From Eledone cirrhosa (Eukaryota): 18,328 nt of DNA. The position numbers and the translations under genes are program-made. Position 1 is the first letter of the stretch, and every line of letters starts with the position of its first letter. A model generated the notes under the pieces. The model saw only the letters and a list, made by a program, of their open reading frames with translations, was not told where the DNA came from and did not search any database. Positions 1 to 12,056 of this stretch are shown here, in pieces. The stretch covers positions 1 to 18,328 of the forward strand of contig CAXHJY010000672.1 in the NCBI GenBank assembly GCA_964016885.1, given 5' to 3'.

Positions 1-335
1 TGCTTATGTGCGCTGTTTGCGTGTGTGTGTGTGTGTCTCCATGAACATGGTGATGCTTATATCTATATGTGTATATACAAACATATACAGACATATATAT
101 GTATGTGAGTTTCTCTGTCTGTGGCTGTGTTTATCGCGAAAATATCATGAAGAAACAGTGTTTTCTAATACTTATTTATAATGATTCCTACACATGATAA
201 TTAATTTGCAGCCAATGGATTTATGAGTTCACAGAGTGTGCAAAAGTACAATCATTGTTACCTTGTGGAAACATTGATTTCAAATTAATTATTCTCTGAA
301 CGATTATATATAGAAAGAGAGCAAAGTGGCACAGA

Positions 336-475
336 AACACACACCCACACAGACACACACACACACGCGCGCTCGCACACACACACACGCATATATATGT
401 ACATATATGTAGAGAGAGAGAGAGGAGAGAGGCACGTGCTGACACACACACACATGTGTTATATATAATATATAT

Positions 476-532
<57 letters not shown>

Positions 533-1015
533 TACATATATACATATATATATACACATACATACATATATACATATATATATATACACACATACATATA
601 TATATATACATATATACCCATATATATATACATATATAAATACACATACAAATATACATATATATATATATACCCATATATATATATATATACACACATA
701 CATATATACACATATATATATATATATACACATACATATATACATACATATATATATATATATATACATATATACATATATATACATACATATATTTATA
801 TATACATATATATATTTATATATACATATATATATATATATTTACATATATATACATACATATATTTATATATACATATATATATATATATATATTTAAA
901 TATATGTACATACATATATTTATATATACATATATATATTTACATATATATACATACATATATTTATATATACATATATATATAAATATATATACATACA
1001 TATATTTATATATAC

Positions 1016-1098
<83 letters not shown>
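336..1098. repeat. Compound (CA)/(GA)/(TA)/(TACA) microsatellite
   Basis: Directly visible. Confidence 0.97.
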
Positions 1099-1104
<6 letters not shown>

Positions 1105-1477
1105 TAACAGATTAAAGTTTAAGCAAAGAATCGCTGCTTTCACCTTATATATATATATATATATATTGTTTATACTTGGGGAGGGTCATATTTGTGTAAT
1201 ATTGCCAGAATTAATAACAGAACACACTCACTGTTTGGTTGGTTTTCGCTTCTCACTTCTGTGTCTTTTATATCGGTAATCTAATATACTCGGTCCTCAA
1301 TGTTGCCATTGACTGACCGGCGATCAAAAATAATACAGATACAAAATAGACACAAACACATATATATAGTTTATCATAAATCTTTCGCTGCACATCTGCA
1401 ACATCGTCAGTGGTGCTATATTTTCCTCCTGTTGTATTGTATGTCTACGCCATTTTTATTCAGTCTGTCTATATATA

Positions 1478-1660
1478 TTGGTAAACGGAATAGAAAATGC
1501 TGACAAATTGTTCACAGTGAAAAATAGTTTAAGTAGGAATAAGTGAGAATTAGTAATTGTATTGGTTAGTATTCAGTTTTGCTTTTAAGTTTTACCGGTT
1601 GCGCATTTCTAATCCTTTTCAAAAATAATTTTGAGATAGAGCGTCCGTGATGTTTGCTCT
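1478..1660 (+). repeat. 183-bp unclassified interspersed element, copy 1
   Basis: Reverse complement of 6576-6758 with about 14 substitutions and no indels by hand count (~92%); TA-repeat sequence on both sides. Confidence 0.9.
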
Positions 1661-1663
1661 CTC

Positions 1664-1783
1664 TATATATATACATATATATATATACATACATATATTT
1701 ATATATACATATATATATATACATACATATATTTATATATACATATATATATATACATACATATATTTATATATACATATATT

Positions 1784-1850
<67 letters not shown>

Positions 1851-1863
1851 TCACACACACATA

Positions 1864-1894
<31 letters not shown>
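1664..1894. repeat. Compound (TA)/(TACA) microsatellite
   Basis: Directly visible. Confidence 0.96.
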
Positions 1895-1898
<4 letters not shown>

Positions 1899-2249
1899 AA
1901 GATCCTGTTGGGTTCCTCAAAGAAAATGACAGCAGGAAATATTTAGATATAGATATTAAAGTACTTTTTAATTTTATTAAAATTAGTATTGCAAACATTA
2001 GTAAATTATGATAATATTGAATAAAAAATTACATGATTCAAAAACTATGGAAGAGTGAAATTGAATTGTTTGGTCTGACAAACGAAGAGATTATTTCATA
2101 GTATTCTGTCATGTTAATACGTGTGTTCTTGTAATTATTTCTATCGATATCAATTTAAACGAAGGTCATTCAGCTTAGTTGGCAGATATGTTCCATATTT
2201 TACATTCTGTACTCGGCTTTTTAAATTTATTCTCTAATGGTCTCTCCAA

Positions 2250-2930
2250 GAATATGTCGAACCCATGAAATCGCCCACAAAATAAAACTTGACTCTGTTG
2301 TCTTATGGTTCCATTATCAAGGATCAAACAACAATTTTCGCCGTCTTGATTCCTGGGAGGTCATGAGTTATCGCAGGTGTATTTTTACAATCCTACTACT
2401 ATCTATAGAAATAGCCTGACGTACCAAGTGACTTTTTGAGCGTAGCAAGATTTTTTAAATGGCATTCTTATTACAGTTGTTACGTAAAACGTCATTTGGT
2501 ATCTTGTCATTCCATGAAACGTTGCAAACAGAACGCAAACTCTCAGGAGAACTGCATCTATAAAATTCGTTTCATTCACGTATAATACTCTGTTTATAGT
2601 GACTACTGCACAATAAACATGAATGACTATTATAAAAAAATAAAAGATCTATAGATCTGTATAGTGTTTCTGGTGTAATTCTCCTGAAGAAACACTGGCT
2701 GGGCAATTTCACTATTGATTATAGCATTTGGATTTACCGTCCAGAAATGATAGCAAAATTAAATGACGATTGTGATTGGGTTAGCATCCATGTTTATGCT
2801 ACAATGCATTTGACAGGAGCTGATAAAGAAGTTAAGTTTCTATGGTAACTCGTACCACCAAAAACCTTACAAGACTTGGAAAATCAATTTAAAAGAACTT
2901 ACTTATATTTCTAATTATAGTCTGTATTCC
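2250..2930 (-). pseudogene. Degraded RTE-clade LINE ORF fragment (end of RT domain plus C-terminal region)
   Basis: Minus-strand translation across stops and frameshifts gives, in order, FSKSCKVFG (~2880-2855), FCYHFWTVNPNAIINSEIAQ, ASVSSGELHQK...HVYCAVV...VLYVNET and LRSVCNVSWNDKIPNDVL...SIDSSRIVK. This is collinear with the RTE/BovB-type pattern FS.AC..FGL / F.YLGS / EI..RI.KAS..FGRL / VY.AVV...LLYG.ET / LR.I.NI.W.DKIPN.EVL / RM.D.RIPK. Boundaries approximate. Confidence 0.8.
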
Positions 2931-3097
2931 ATGTTTCAATGAAAGTCTAGTTTTAGTCTTTAAAACTTTGTGTACTTAAACGACCGTTTTACTGAGAAAG
3001 AAGGGACCGCAAATGTAGTTATACTTCATAGAATGTCAAAGGCGAGCATGGACACATATGGATGCGAATGTGTTTCATTAAGCGTGCGTGCATTCAT

Positions 3098-3147
<50 letters not shown>

Positions 3148-3403
3148 GTGTGTCTGTGTGTGCATGTGTATGCCACTGCGTGCATTTTTGTGTGTATGTA
3201 AATATCCCTAAAACTATTACCGATTTCTACGACAAAGACTGAAAAATAATTGAGTGGAAGTAATTGCAAATGTTGACCTCAAGAAAAAGACATTCTATAT
3301 TGCAGCTCATCTAATTTCATCCAAATTACAAGCACAAAAACGAACATATAAATAAACTATATTTGTAAATACAAACACACAAACCTCACATATTTCCTAC
3401 ATT

Positions 3404-3535
<132 letters not shown>

Positions 3536-4001
3536 GATAATAATAATAAGACCAGAGAGCAATATAAGATATTTGACCATGTAACATAACCACGAGCTCC
3601 TATATCCCTACACATATATACGAACATACACATACACATATGAGCCTGGTTTTTCCGTTATATATACTACCCCAGATAGTCAACATGAGAATTGCTGAAG
3701 CTATGTTAGAGGAGTGTGTATGAACCCGAGATGGTATGGGGTTTAATTGCTCTGTCATGGTTTGGGGTTCTGCCACTGTCACACATTCTTACTTTTCTTT
3801 CTTTTTACTAGATACACACATACACATTTAGATGTCTATGCATGTATATACGTATATGTACGGATGTATGTGTATGTATTTATACTTGTATTTGTCTAAA
3901 TCCTTCCCCCTTTACCTTAACTATCTGCCTGTCTCTCTCTCTTTTTCCTTCTATCTATATCTTTCTGTCTCTATATATATGCGTGTGTAAGGTTGTATGT
4001 A

Positions 4002-4237
<236 letters not shown>

Positions 4238-4492
4238 TAGATAGATGGATTGATAAAAATATTTTTCTGTGTCAATATGTACGTATGTTCGTATACAATT
4301 CTTTCTTATTTGAGGAATCTGTTGTAAACCAGATTTTAATTAGTTAGAAACTGCTTAAGGGGATGTTAATAGCTTTGAGCTGATTAATTGTGGTGTAGTG
4401 AAATAAGCGAATGAAACAGGAATAAGAAAAACCACAACAATACTACTACTGATAAGAACAGTAAGGTAGGGGCAAAAAGGGTAACAATTTAA

Positions 4493-4566
4493 TTAATAAT
4501 AATAATAATAATAACAATAATATCAATAATAATAACAATAATAACAATAATAACAACAACAACAAT

Positions 4567-4617
<51 letters not shown>
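4493..4617. repeat. (AAT/AAC)n microsatellite, contiguous with a SINE tail
   Basis: Directly visible. Confidence 0.95.
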
Positions 4618-4803
4618 TGTTTCTACTTTTGGCATAAAGCCAGCAATTACCCAGTGCATTAGTGGTACTTTATTTTATCGACCCCGTAAGGATGAAAAGC
4701 AAAGTTAAACTCAGCGAGATTTGAACTCAGAATGACAAGGGCCGTAACTCTATCCGTCAAAGCATGGTGTCGGACTCTCTACCGATAATGCCAATCCAAC
4801 GCC
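4615..4803 (-). mobile_element. tRNA-derived SINE, family A (short variant), full length, with (ATT)n tail extending to ~4493
   Basis: Minus strand begins GGCGTTGGATTGGCATTATCGGTAGAG (A-box-like), has GAGTTCAAATC (B-box), core CTTTTCATCCTTACGGGGTCGATAAAATAAAGTACC, ends AGTAGAAACAATT followed by (ATT)n. Clearly homologous to the other copies in the window. Confidence 0.9.
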
Positions 4804-4900
4804 AATAATAATAATATTAATAATATCTTTATTGGCCACACAGGGTTTACATTAAGATGACAATAAGGATGTTACAGAACGGAATAATGGGTGTCTTTTT
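4804..4900 (-). mobile_element. Possible 3' terminus of a LINE (AATAAA followed by ATT-rich tail)
   Basis: Minus strand reads ...CCCATTATTCCGTTCTGTAAC...GTAAACCCTGTGTGGCCAATAAAGATATTATTAATATTATTATT. Poly(A) signal followed by a simple-repeat tail; family resemblance from memory only. Confidence 0.4.
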
Positions 4901-5011
4901 TTTTTGTTGTGAGAGATATCTAAACTATAATAAAGGAAGGTCTGCGGGACTGCGTACGGTTTATATTTTTTTATCGCCTTAGTAAAATAAGTTGGATTAC
5001 TTTGAATAAAT

Positions 5012-5190
5012 AATTGTTTCTACTATTGGCACAAGGCCAGCAATTAACCAGTACATTACTGGTACTTTATTTTATTGACCTTGTAAGGATGAAATGCAAT
5101 GTTAACCTCGGCGGGATTTGAACTCAGAATGGAAAAGAACGTAACTCTATGCGTCAAAGCATGGTGCCCGACCCTCTACCAATACTGCCA
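5012..5190 (-). mobile_element. SINE family A (short variant), missing about 12 nt of the 5' head
   Basis: Aligns to the 4615-4803 copy; B-box present; flanked by the direct repeat AATAAATAATT at 5005-5015 and 5191-5201. Confidence 0.88.
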
Positions 5191-5197
5191 AATAAAT

Positions 5198-5386
5198 AAT
5201 TATTTCTACTTTTGGCACAAGGCCAGCAATTATCCAGTGTATTACTGGTATTTTATTTTATCGACCCCGTAAAGATGAAAGGCAAAGTTAACCTCGGCAG
5301 GATTTGAACTCAGAATGGCAAGGGCCGTAACTCTATGCATCAAAGCATGGCGTCCGCCCCTCTACCGATACTGCCAATCCACAGCC
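5198..5386 (-). mobile_element. SINE family A (short variant), full length
   Basis: Minus strand begins GGCTGTGGATTGGCAGTATCGGTAGAG (A-box TGGCAGTATCGG), has B-box GAGTTCAAATC and the same core and 3' end; head-to-tail with the previous copy. Confidence 0.9.
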
Positions 5387-6088
5387 CTCTCTCCACTGCC
5401 AAATAATTAATGAATGAATATTACATAATTTATCTACTAAATTTCGTAAACAAAATTAATTTTGTAAAAATAAATAATTTAAAATTGACTTCTTTTCAAA
5501 GTTGCACTTCCGGTATATTGTTGCCACCACCACTTCAACTACCATACATATAGAGAGAGAGAGTGTGTGATGTCAACACTTCCGGTGGCGATCACTTAAA
5601 TATACATACTAATTTTCTGACACTAATTTTTTCCTAATGCTGTTTATATATAATATCATTTTTTTTAAATGTATCATGGATTACGTTACTGATTACATAA
5701 GACAGTGTAACACAGACTTCGTTCAATTTCTGTGTATATTGTTAATTAAAATTTTATTTGATGTATCATATCTACATGTATATATACTTGCGATTAATTT
5801 CAATATACACACTACACATGCGATCAGAAAACCACCCTAGTGCTTATAAAGAACACTAAAATATAAATATTTAAAAATAAATAATATTAATTCTAAGAAG
5901 ACGATGAAGAATATGAAGAGAAAGGAAAGAGAAAACAGTTACGAATAAAATGAGAATAAGTATAAGAAAAATTGGAGAAATATGTGAAGATTTGCATATA
6001 GGTAGACTTGTATGTAAGAACGAAGGGAAATTGAATTATTTGGCACTAAAATAAGATGATGGGTGGGTGAAGTGCTAAGGAGTTTAAT

Positions 6089-6341
6089 GATAATTTTTCT
6101 TCTTGGTGTATTTGATAGTGATGAAGTAAATATATTTCAATTTGCATTATTTTTTCTTCGTTGTTAAATATATTTTATAATGAACAATTATAATTTTATA
6201 ATATGAAAAGTTTAAACGAAAATAGCTAGTGGATAATTTGCGTCATCTTGATGTATTTGATTGTGATGAAGAAAATAAATTTCAATTTGCTTGTTTACTC
6301 CTTTGTGAATGTGGAAAGTTTAAAACCAAATAATCTGGTGG
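6089..6341. repeat. Diverged two-unit tandem duplication
   Basis: TCTTGGTGTATTTGATAGTGATGAAGTAAATATATTTCAATTTGC versus TCTTGATGTATTTGATTGTGATGAAGAAAATAAATTTCAATTTGC; each is followed later by AAAGTTTAAA...AAATA.CT.GTGG. Confidence 0.75.
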
Positions 6342-6521
6342 TATAAGAAAAATAACAACACGAAATTAACAAAGACAAAGGGAAAAATGGGTAGAAATTG
6401 ATAAAAATTGGTATTGTAACATAATTTTGTGGGAGTGGCACCAATGAATGAAGATTTGAGAAAGATAAATAGATTATATATATATTTTTTTCATATATAT
6501 ATATATATACATATTTTTTTT

Positions 6522-6575
<54 letters not shown>

Positions 6576-6576
<1 letters not shown>

Positions 6577-6758
6577 GAGCAAACATCACGGGCGCTCTAT
6601 CTCAAAATTATTTTTGAAAAGCATTAGAAATGCGCAACCGGTAAAACTTAAAACCAAAACTGAATGCTAACCAATACTATTACTGATTTTTACTTATTCC
6701 TAATTAAACTATTTTTCACTGGGAACAATTTGTCACAATTTTCTTTTCCTTTTACCAA
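6576..6758 (-). repeat. 183-bp unclassified interspersed element, copy 2 (inverted)
   Basis: Inverted copy of 1478-1660, embedded between (TA)n tracts. Confidence 0.9.
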
Positions 6759-7251
6759 TATATATATATATATATCTTACGCTGAACCGACCGCTTGCGA
6801 AACGCATTACTTGTGAAAAAATTATTCTGATGTAATATTGATATTTCTTCCTTTTTTTGTTCTTGATTATTTTTCTTCTTATATATATATATATAAATGG
6901 AATAGAATGAAAGGAAATTTCATTTCTCACACTAAGTGCAGCACTTACTTCAATGTAAGTATGTATGTATCTATACGTACATACATATATGTATACAGAC
7001 GTACAGTATGTATATATATATACATACATGCACACATATATATATGCACGTATCGGTTTACCGAACATGTATTATAATGCTCGGGTTGTTTGTTTGTAAA
7101 CAAACAAACAGCCCGTATTACGGCGTACAGTGTTTAGGCAACCACGTCACCTTTTTGTTCAACGCTGACACAGGAACGATGTACTAGTTTCAAGCTTATT
7201 AGCTATCGTCAGCATCGTATACCTTCCTGCCAGATGGTTGAACGTCAGAAA

Positions 7252-7311
<60 letters not shown>

Positions 7312-7817
7312 GAGAGCATATGTTTATACATTTGTGTGAGTGTGTGCGGCATACATTCAATATATGAACGAAAAGAAGCGTTGGACAGAACTCGAGAAAG
7401 AGAGAAGTCAAATAAAGACACCAAGAAAGAAAGTGGGGTAAAAAGGGCGAAATGGAGAAATCTGTAATTGCATAAAGAGAGTAATTGCGAAAAATAGTAT
7501 ATTTCGGAAAAAATAAAATACAACAAACTTTTTATAAAATAAGAACAGAGGCAATAAAAAGTACACAGACTCTCATGACAAGATATCGGAAAGTTTAAAT
7601 GACTTAACGTTTAAACTGAAGAAGAATATTGATAAATAAGATGGAAAAATATGGCCTGTAGTAAGTGAAACATTGTTATAAAAATATGCCTGTATGTATA
7701 TTCTACTTAAAGAAAAAAGTAATTTTAAACAGAGTACATTGCCTTAATGTATGTTCTTGGTTCATTAAACATTCGTCCGCGCGTATATATCGTTGCATTT
7801 ATATGTAAGCATAAAGT

Positions 7818-8223
7818 ATATATATATATCCTTTATATATATATATATATATACACTTTATATATATATATATATATCCTTTATATATATATATATACTT
7901 TATATATATATATATACTTTATATATATATATATATACTTTATATATATATATATAAACTTTATATATATATATATATACTATATATATATATATATACT
8001 TTATATATATATATATAAACTTTATATATATATATATATACTATATATATATATATATACTTTATATATATATATATAAACTTTATATATATATATATAT
8101 ATACTTTATATATATATATATATATACTTTATATATATATATACACTTTATATATATATATATATGTATACTTTATATATATATATATATATATACACTT
8201 TATATATATATATATTTATATAC

Positions 8224-8257
<34 letters not shown>

Positions 8258-8360
8258 CTATATATATATATTATATCATATATATATTTATATACTATAT
8301 ATATATATAATGTCATATATATATTTATATACTATATATATATTATATCATATATATATA

Positions 8361-8436
<76 letters not shown>

Positions 8437-8462
8437 CATGTATATATATATATGTATCTATA

Positions 8463-8524
<62 letters not shown>

Positions 8525-8527
8525 GAC

Positions 8528-8588
<61 letters not shown>

Positions 8589-8823
8589 TATATATATATA
8601 ATATATATATAATATATGTATATATATATATAATATACATATAAAATATACATATATAATATAATATATGTATATAATATATATATATATATATATTTAT
8701 ATTATATATAATATATGTATATATAATATATATATATATACAATATATGTATAGATATACAATATAATATATATATAATATATGTATATATAATATATAT
8801 ATATATATATATGATATATTATA

Positions 8824-8887
<64 letters not shown>

Positions 8888-9092
8888 ATATATGTATATA
8901 TATAATATATGCATATACACATAATATATATTATAGATATATACATAATATATAATATATATAATATATATATATATAATATATTTATATATGTAATATA
9001 TATATAGATACATATGTATATATATAATACATATATATAATATATATATATATATACATAATATATATTATATATATATATATATACATAAC

Positions 9093-9124
<32 letters not shown>

Positions 9125-9362
9125 CATAATATATATTATATATATACATAATATATATATATATGATATATATATATATATATACATAATATATATATAT
9201 GATATATATATATATATAATATGTATATATGATTTATATATATATAATATGTATATATGATATATATATATAATATATATACATATATAATATATATATA
9301 TATACATAATATATATAAATATATATTTATTTATATATATATATATATATACACATTTATAC
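7818..9362. repeat. About 1.5-kb interrupted (TA)n micro/minisatellite
   Basis: Directly visible; (TA)nCTT units first, then units interrupted by ATAAT, ACAT and ATG. Confidence 0.97.
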
Positions 9363-10439
9363 ATACACGAGTTTAAGAGAGTTACAAGCAGTTAGCAGTA
9401 GTAAACTTAGCCTTCATTCTCTCACTCTCTCTCTATCTCTCTTTCTCCATATATATATATATAGAGATATATGAATGTTTCTATGTGTGAAAGTGTGGTG
9501 TGTGTGAGTGTAAATATACGTATGTTAAGTAATATATTTTTCCATTTGGAAAATTTAAGGTAATAAATGACATCGATTTTCACTTAAGAATTAGTGCTTT
9601 GGTGAAAACCGCTCGAATCTTTCGCTATGTGTCTGTTAGATAACCAATTGGAGTCTAAGAAAATTTGTTTTAGAATTGTATATTGTATATTCTTTTTATT
9701 ATTATTTTTTTTTCAGCACATTCTGTTGTGTCTTTCATTTTAAATATATCATCTGCACACATTCTGTAAAATATCTTATTTATATTATTGCAAGCTTTCA
9801 CTTCCTAAGTTGGCCATTTGAACACAGCAAATATGGTCATATTATATATCTATGTATGATATTTATGCCAATTACTTCTTTTTAATATATAAATTGCCAT
9901 ATAGACTATGGAATGCTATTATATTGCGGAACATACAAGAATTCCTCAATAGTTGACTATTAGCTTTTACGATAGAGGTTGCAGAAACAGTGAAGATATT
10001 CATCGAAGACATTATTTATGTAATATAAATATTGGCGTCCATTGTGCATCAGATTTGAGACATAAACCCAACATTTGGGAGGCCAATTCAGAATATTCAT
10101 ACTCTTTTCAATTTGTTAATTTAGGCTGGTTTATGATGTGTCAATTCCAACCTCAAACACGTGAACTAATGTCTGAATATTTACATTATTTAACCTCTTT
10201 TTTAACTTTTAGACAACACGAATATGGTTTAACTGAAAATATTTCTGATTTTCGTAGGTCAATTAAACATGTAGCCGCTACCACACACACTAACTAATTC
10301 CCATTACATCTGCAAACTCAGTTAAATATGTAGCAGTAACCATATATATGTAATATTTATTACTGAGTATTATATTTTTTTTATGATCAACACAAGACGA
10401 GACAAGCATAAATATTGAATCATGTTGTCGCAGCAACAG

Positions 10440-10580
<141 letters not shown>

Positions 10581-11000
10581 TATTTAAGGAATGCTAGGAA
10601 AATTAAGAGGGAAGGAAATATCTTAGAGAAATATATTGGTTGGATATATACAAAAACAAGCTCTCCCTCCAGGCACAATATTACACATACTCACACATAC
10701 ACACACACGCACATATATATGTATATAATAATTATTTATATGTATGCATGTAAGTAGGTATGTATGTATTCCTGTGTCTGAATGTATGCACGTGTATGTC
10801 TGTGTATATAATTTGTAGAGCGTTTCAAGATGCTTGTTTAGTGTCGTTTATAATGTAAAAAACAGTTGGATTCTGATATTCAAAATCAGCAGACAGTCTC
10901 GTGTCTCATTGGAAAAAGAGTATTAAGAAAATAAGCTGAAGCTATAGGGAGAAATAGTGAGTAACGGATATGAGAATAAAAGGAAATGCAGGAGTGCAGC

Positions 11001-11009
11001 AGAGAGAGT

Positions 11010-11077
<68 letters not shown>
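11001..11077. repeat. (GA)n microsatellite
   Basis: Directly visible. Confidence 0.95.
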
Positions 11078-11080
<3 letters not shown>

Positions 11081-11435
11081 TGTGTATGTGTAAGAAAAAG
11101 TATGTGAGAGAAAGAGTCAGACAGAGGGATCCTGAGTGTGAGGTGGTAGTGAATTATATGAGTGAAGGAGAGGAAAGGTGTCATAAGGAATATAGGAAAA
11201 TGTCTTTAGATAAAAATAACAAGTCCATTCATGTTGCCATCTCTGGGAATATTTATATATACTTGGACCCGTGTCTTTCGTTTATCTTTTTTTGCCTTTT
11301 TATATATATATTTTTAAATGGTTTCTTTTTAAATGGTTTCCCCTCTTATAAAGTTTTTTTTTCATGCATGTCTTCTTTTTTCCGTTGTCTTCTCTTTGTT
11401 AATTATCCTTGTCATTATTATTAATCTGAAAATAA

Positions 11436-11640
11436 GGGTGGTGGATTAACAGTATCAGTAGAGCGTTGGTCAATATGCTTTGTTGCATTCATTGAGTTAC
11501 GAGTACAAATCCTGTCGTGGTAAGTTTTGCCTTTCAACCTTACGGGGTCGATAAAATAAAGCACCAGTAATCCACTGAGCTCGACATGATCGACTTTCTT
11601 CTCACCCCAAATTGCTGGCCTTGTGCTTAAAGTCGAAATA
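11436..11640 (+). mobile_element. SINE family A (long variant), full length, with 19-bp TSD
   Basis: GGGTGGTGGATTAACAGTATCAGTAGAG head, degenerate B-box GAGTACAAATC, core GCCTTTCAACCTTACGGGGTCGATAAAATAAAGCACC, end TGGCCTTGTGCTTAAAGTCGAAATA. Flanked by ATTATTAATCTGAAAATAA (11417-11435) and ATTATTAATCTGCAAATAA (11641-11659), 18/19 identical. Confidence 0.9.
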
Positions 11641-11721
11641 ATTATTAATCTGCAAATAATGTTGTTTGGCGAACTACTAAAACTTCCAATCCACCACATT
11701 TTAATTTTAATCTAGTAACTC

Positions 11722-11841
11722 TTTCTACATTTAGCACAAGGCCAGAATTTTTAACAGAAAGGGAAAGTCTATGAAATCGAATCTAGTGCAGTAATATTTC
11801 TTTATTTGATCGAGGCATTAAGAATAAATGGCAAAGCTAAC
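11722..11841 (-). mobile_element. SINE family A (long variant), diverged 3' half
   Basis: TTTCTACATTTAGCACAAGGCCAG...GGGAAAGTCTATGAAATCGA...GGCAAAGCTAAC matches the 3' half and core of the family; tRNA head missing. Confidence 0.75.
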
Positions 11842-11842
11842 G

Positions 11843-12039
11843 TAATAATTGCTTCTACTTTAGGCACAAGGCCAGCAATTTACCAGTGCATTACTGGTAC
11901 TTTATTTTATCGACCCCGTAAGGATGAAAGGCAAAGTCAACCTCGGCGGGAATGATTTGAACGCAGAACGTAAATTTACGTTACAATATGCCACAAAGCA
12001 TGTGGTCTGATGCTCTGAAGATGCTGCCAATTTATCACC
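11843..12039 (-). mobile_element. SINE family A (short variant), full length
   Basis: Near-consensus core (GGTACTTTATTTTATCGACCCCGTAAGGATGAAAGGCAAAGTCAACCTCGGCGG), B-box complement GATTTGAACGC, head ending GCCAATTTATCACC. Confidence 0.9.
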
Positions 12040-12056
12040 TTTTAATACTATTTAAT

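Noticed and set aside
221-1998. Long ORFs rich in IY/YI/TH/CV (also those at 2970-3639, 6429-9364, 10290-10757, 13101-13400, 16703-17256)
   Set aside because: Translations of (TA)n, (CA)n and (TG)n microsatellites, which lack stop codons; no protein signal.
3660-3790. GC-richer patch resembling an exon
   Set aside because: No consistent acceptor, open frame and donor combination on either strand, and no recognisable peptide.
4615-5386. Repeated units as a CRISPR array or tRNA gene cluster
   Set aside because: Units are ~190-bp diverged SINEs with A/B boxes but no cloverleaf, no repeat-spacer structure and no cas genes; context is eukaryotic.
9953-10297. 114-aa plus-strand ORF in unique sequence
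   Set aside because: Non-ATG start, no recognisable motif, no convincing splice pair; cannot be supported, though an exon cannot be excluded without RNA data.
11311-11340. Perfect 15-bp tandem duplication TTTTTAAATGGTTTC x2
   Set aside because: Ordinary slippage duplication with no sign of function.
11421-11699. 92-aa minus-strand ORF
   Set aside because: Antisense reading of a SINE copy.
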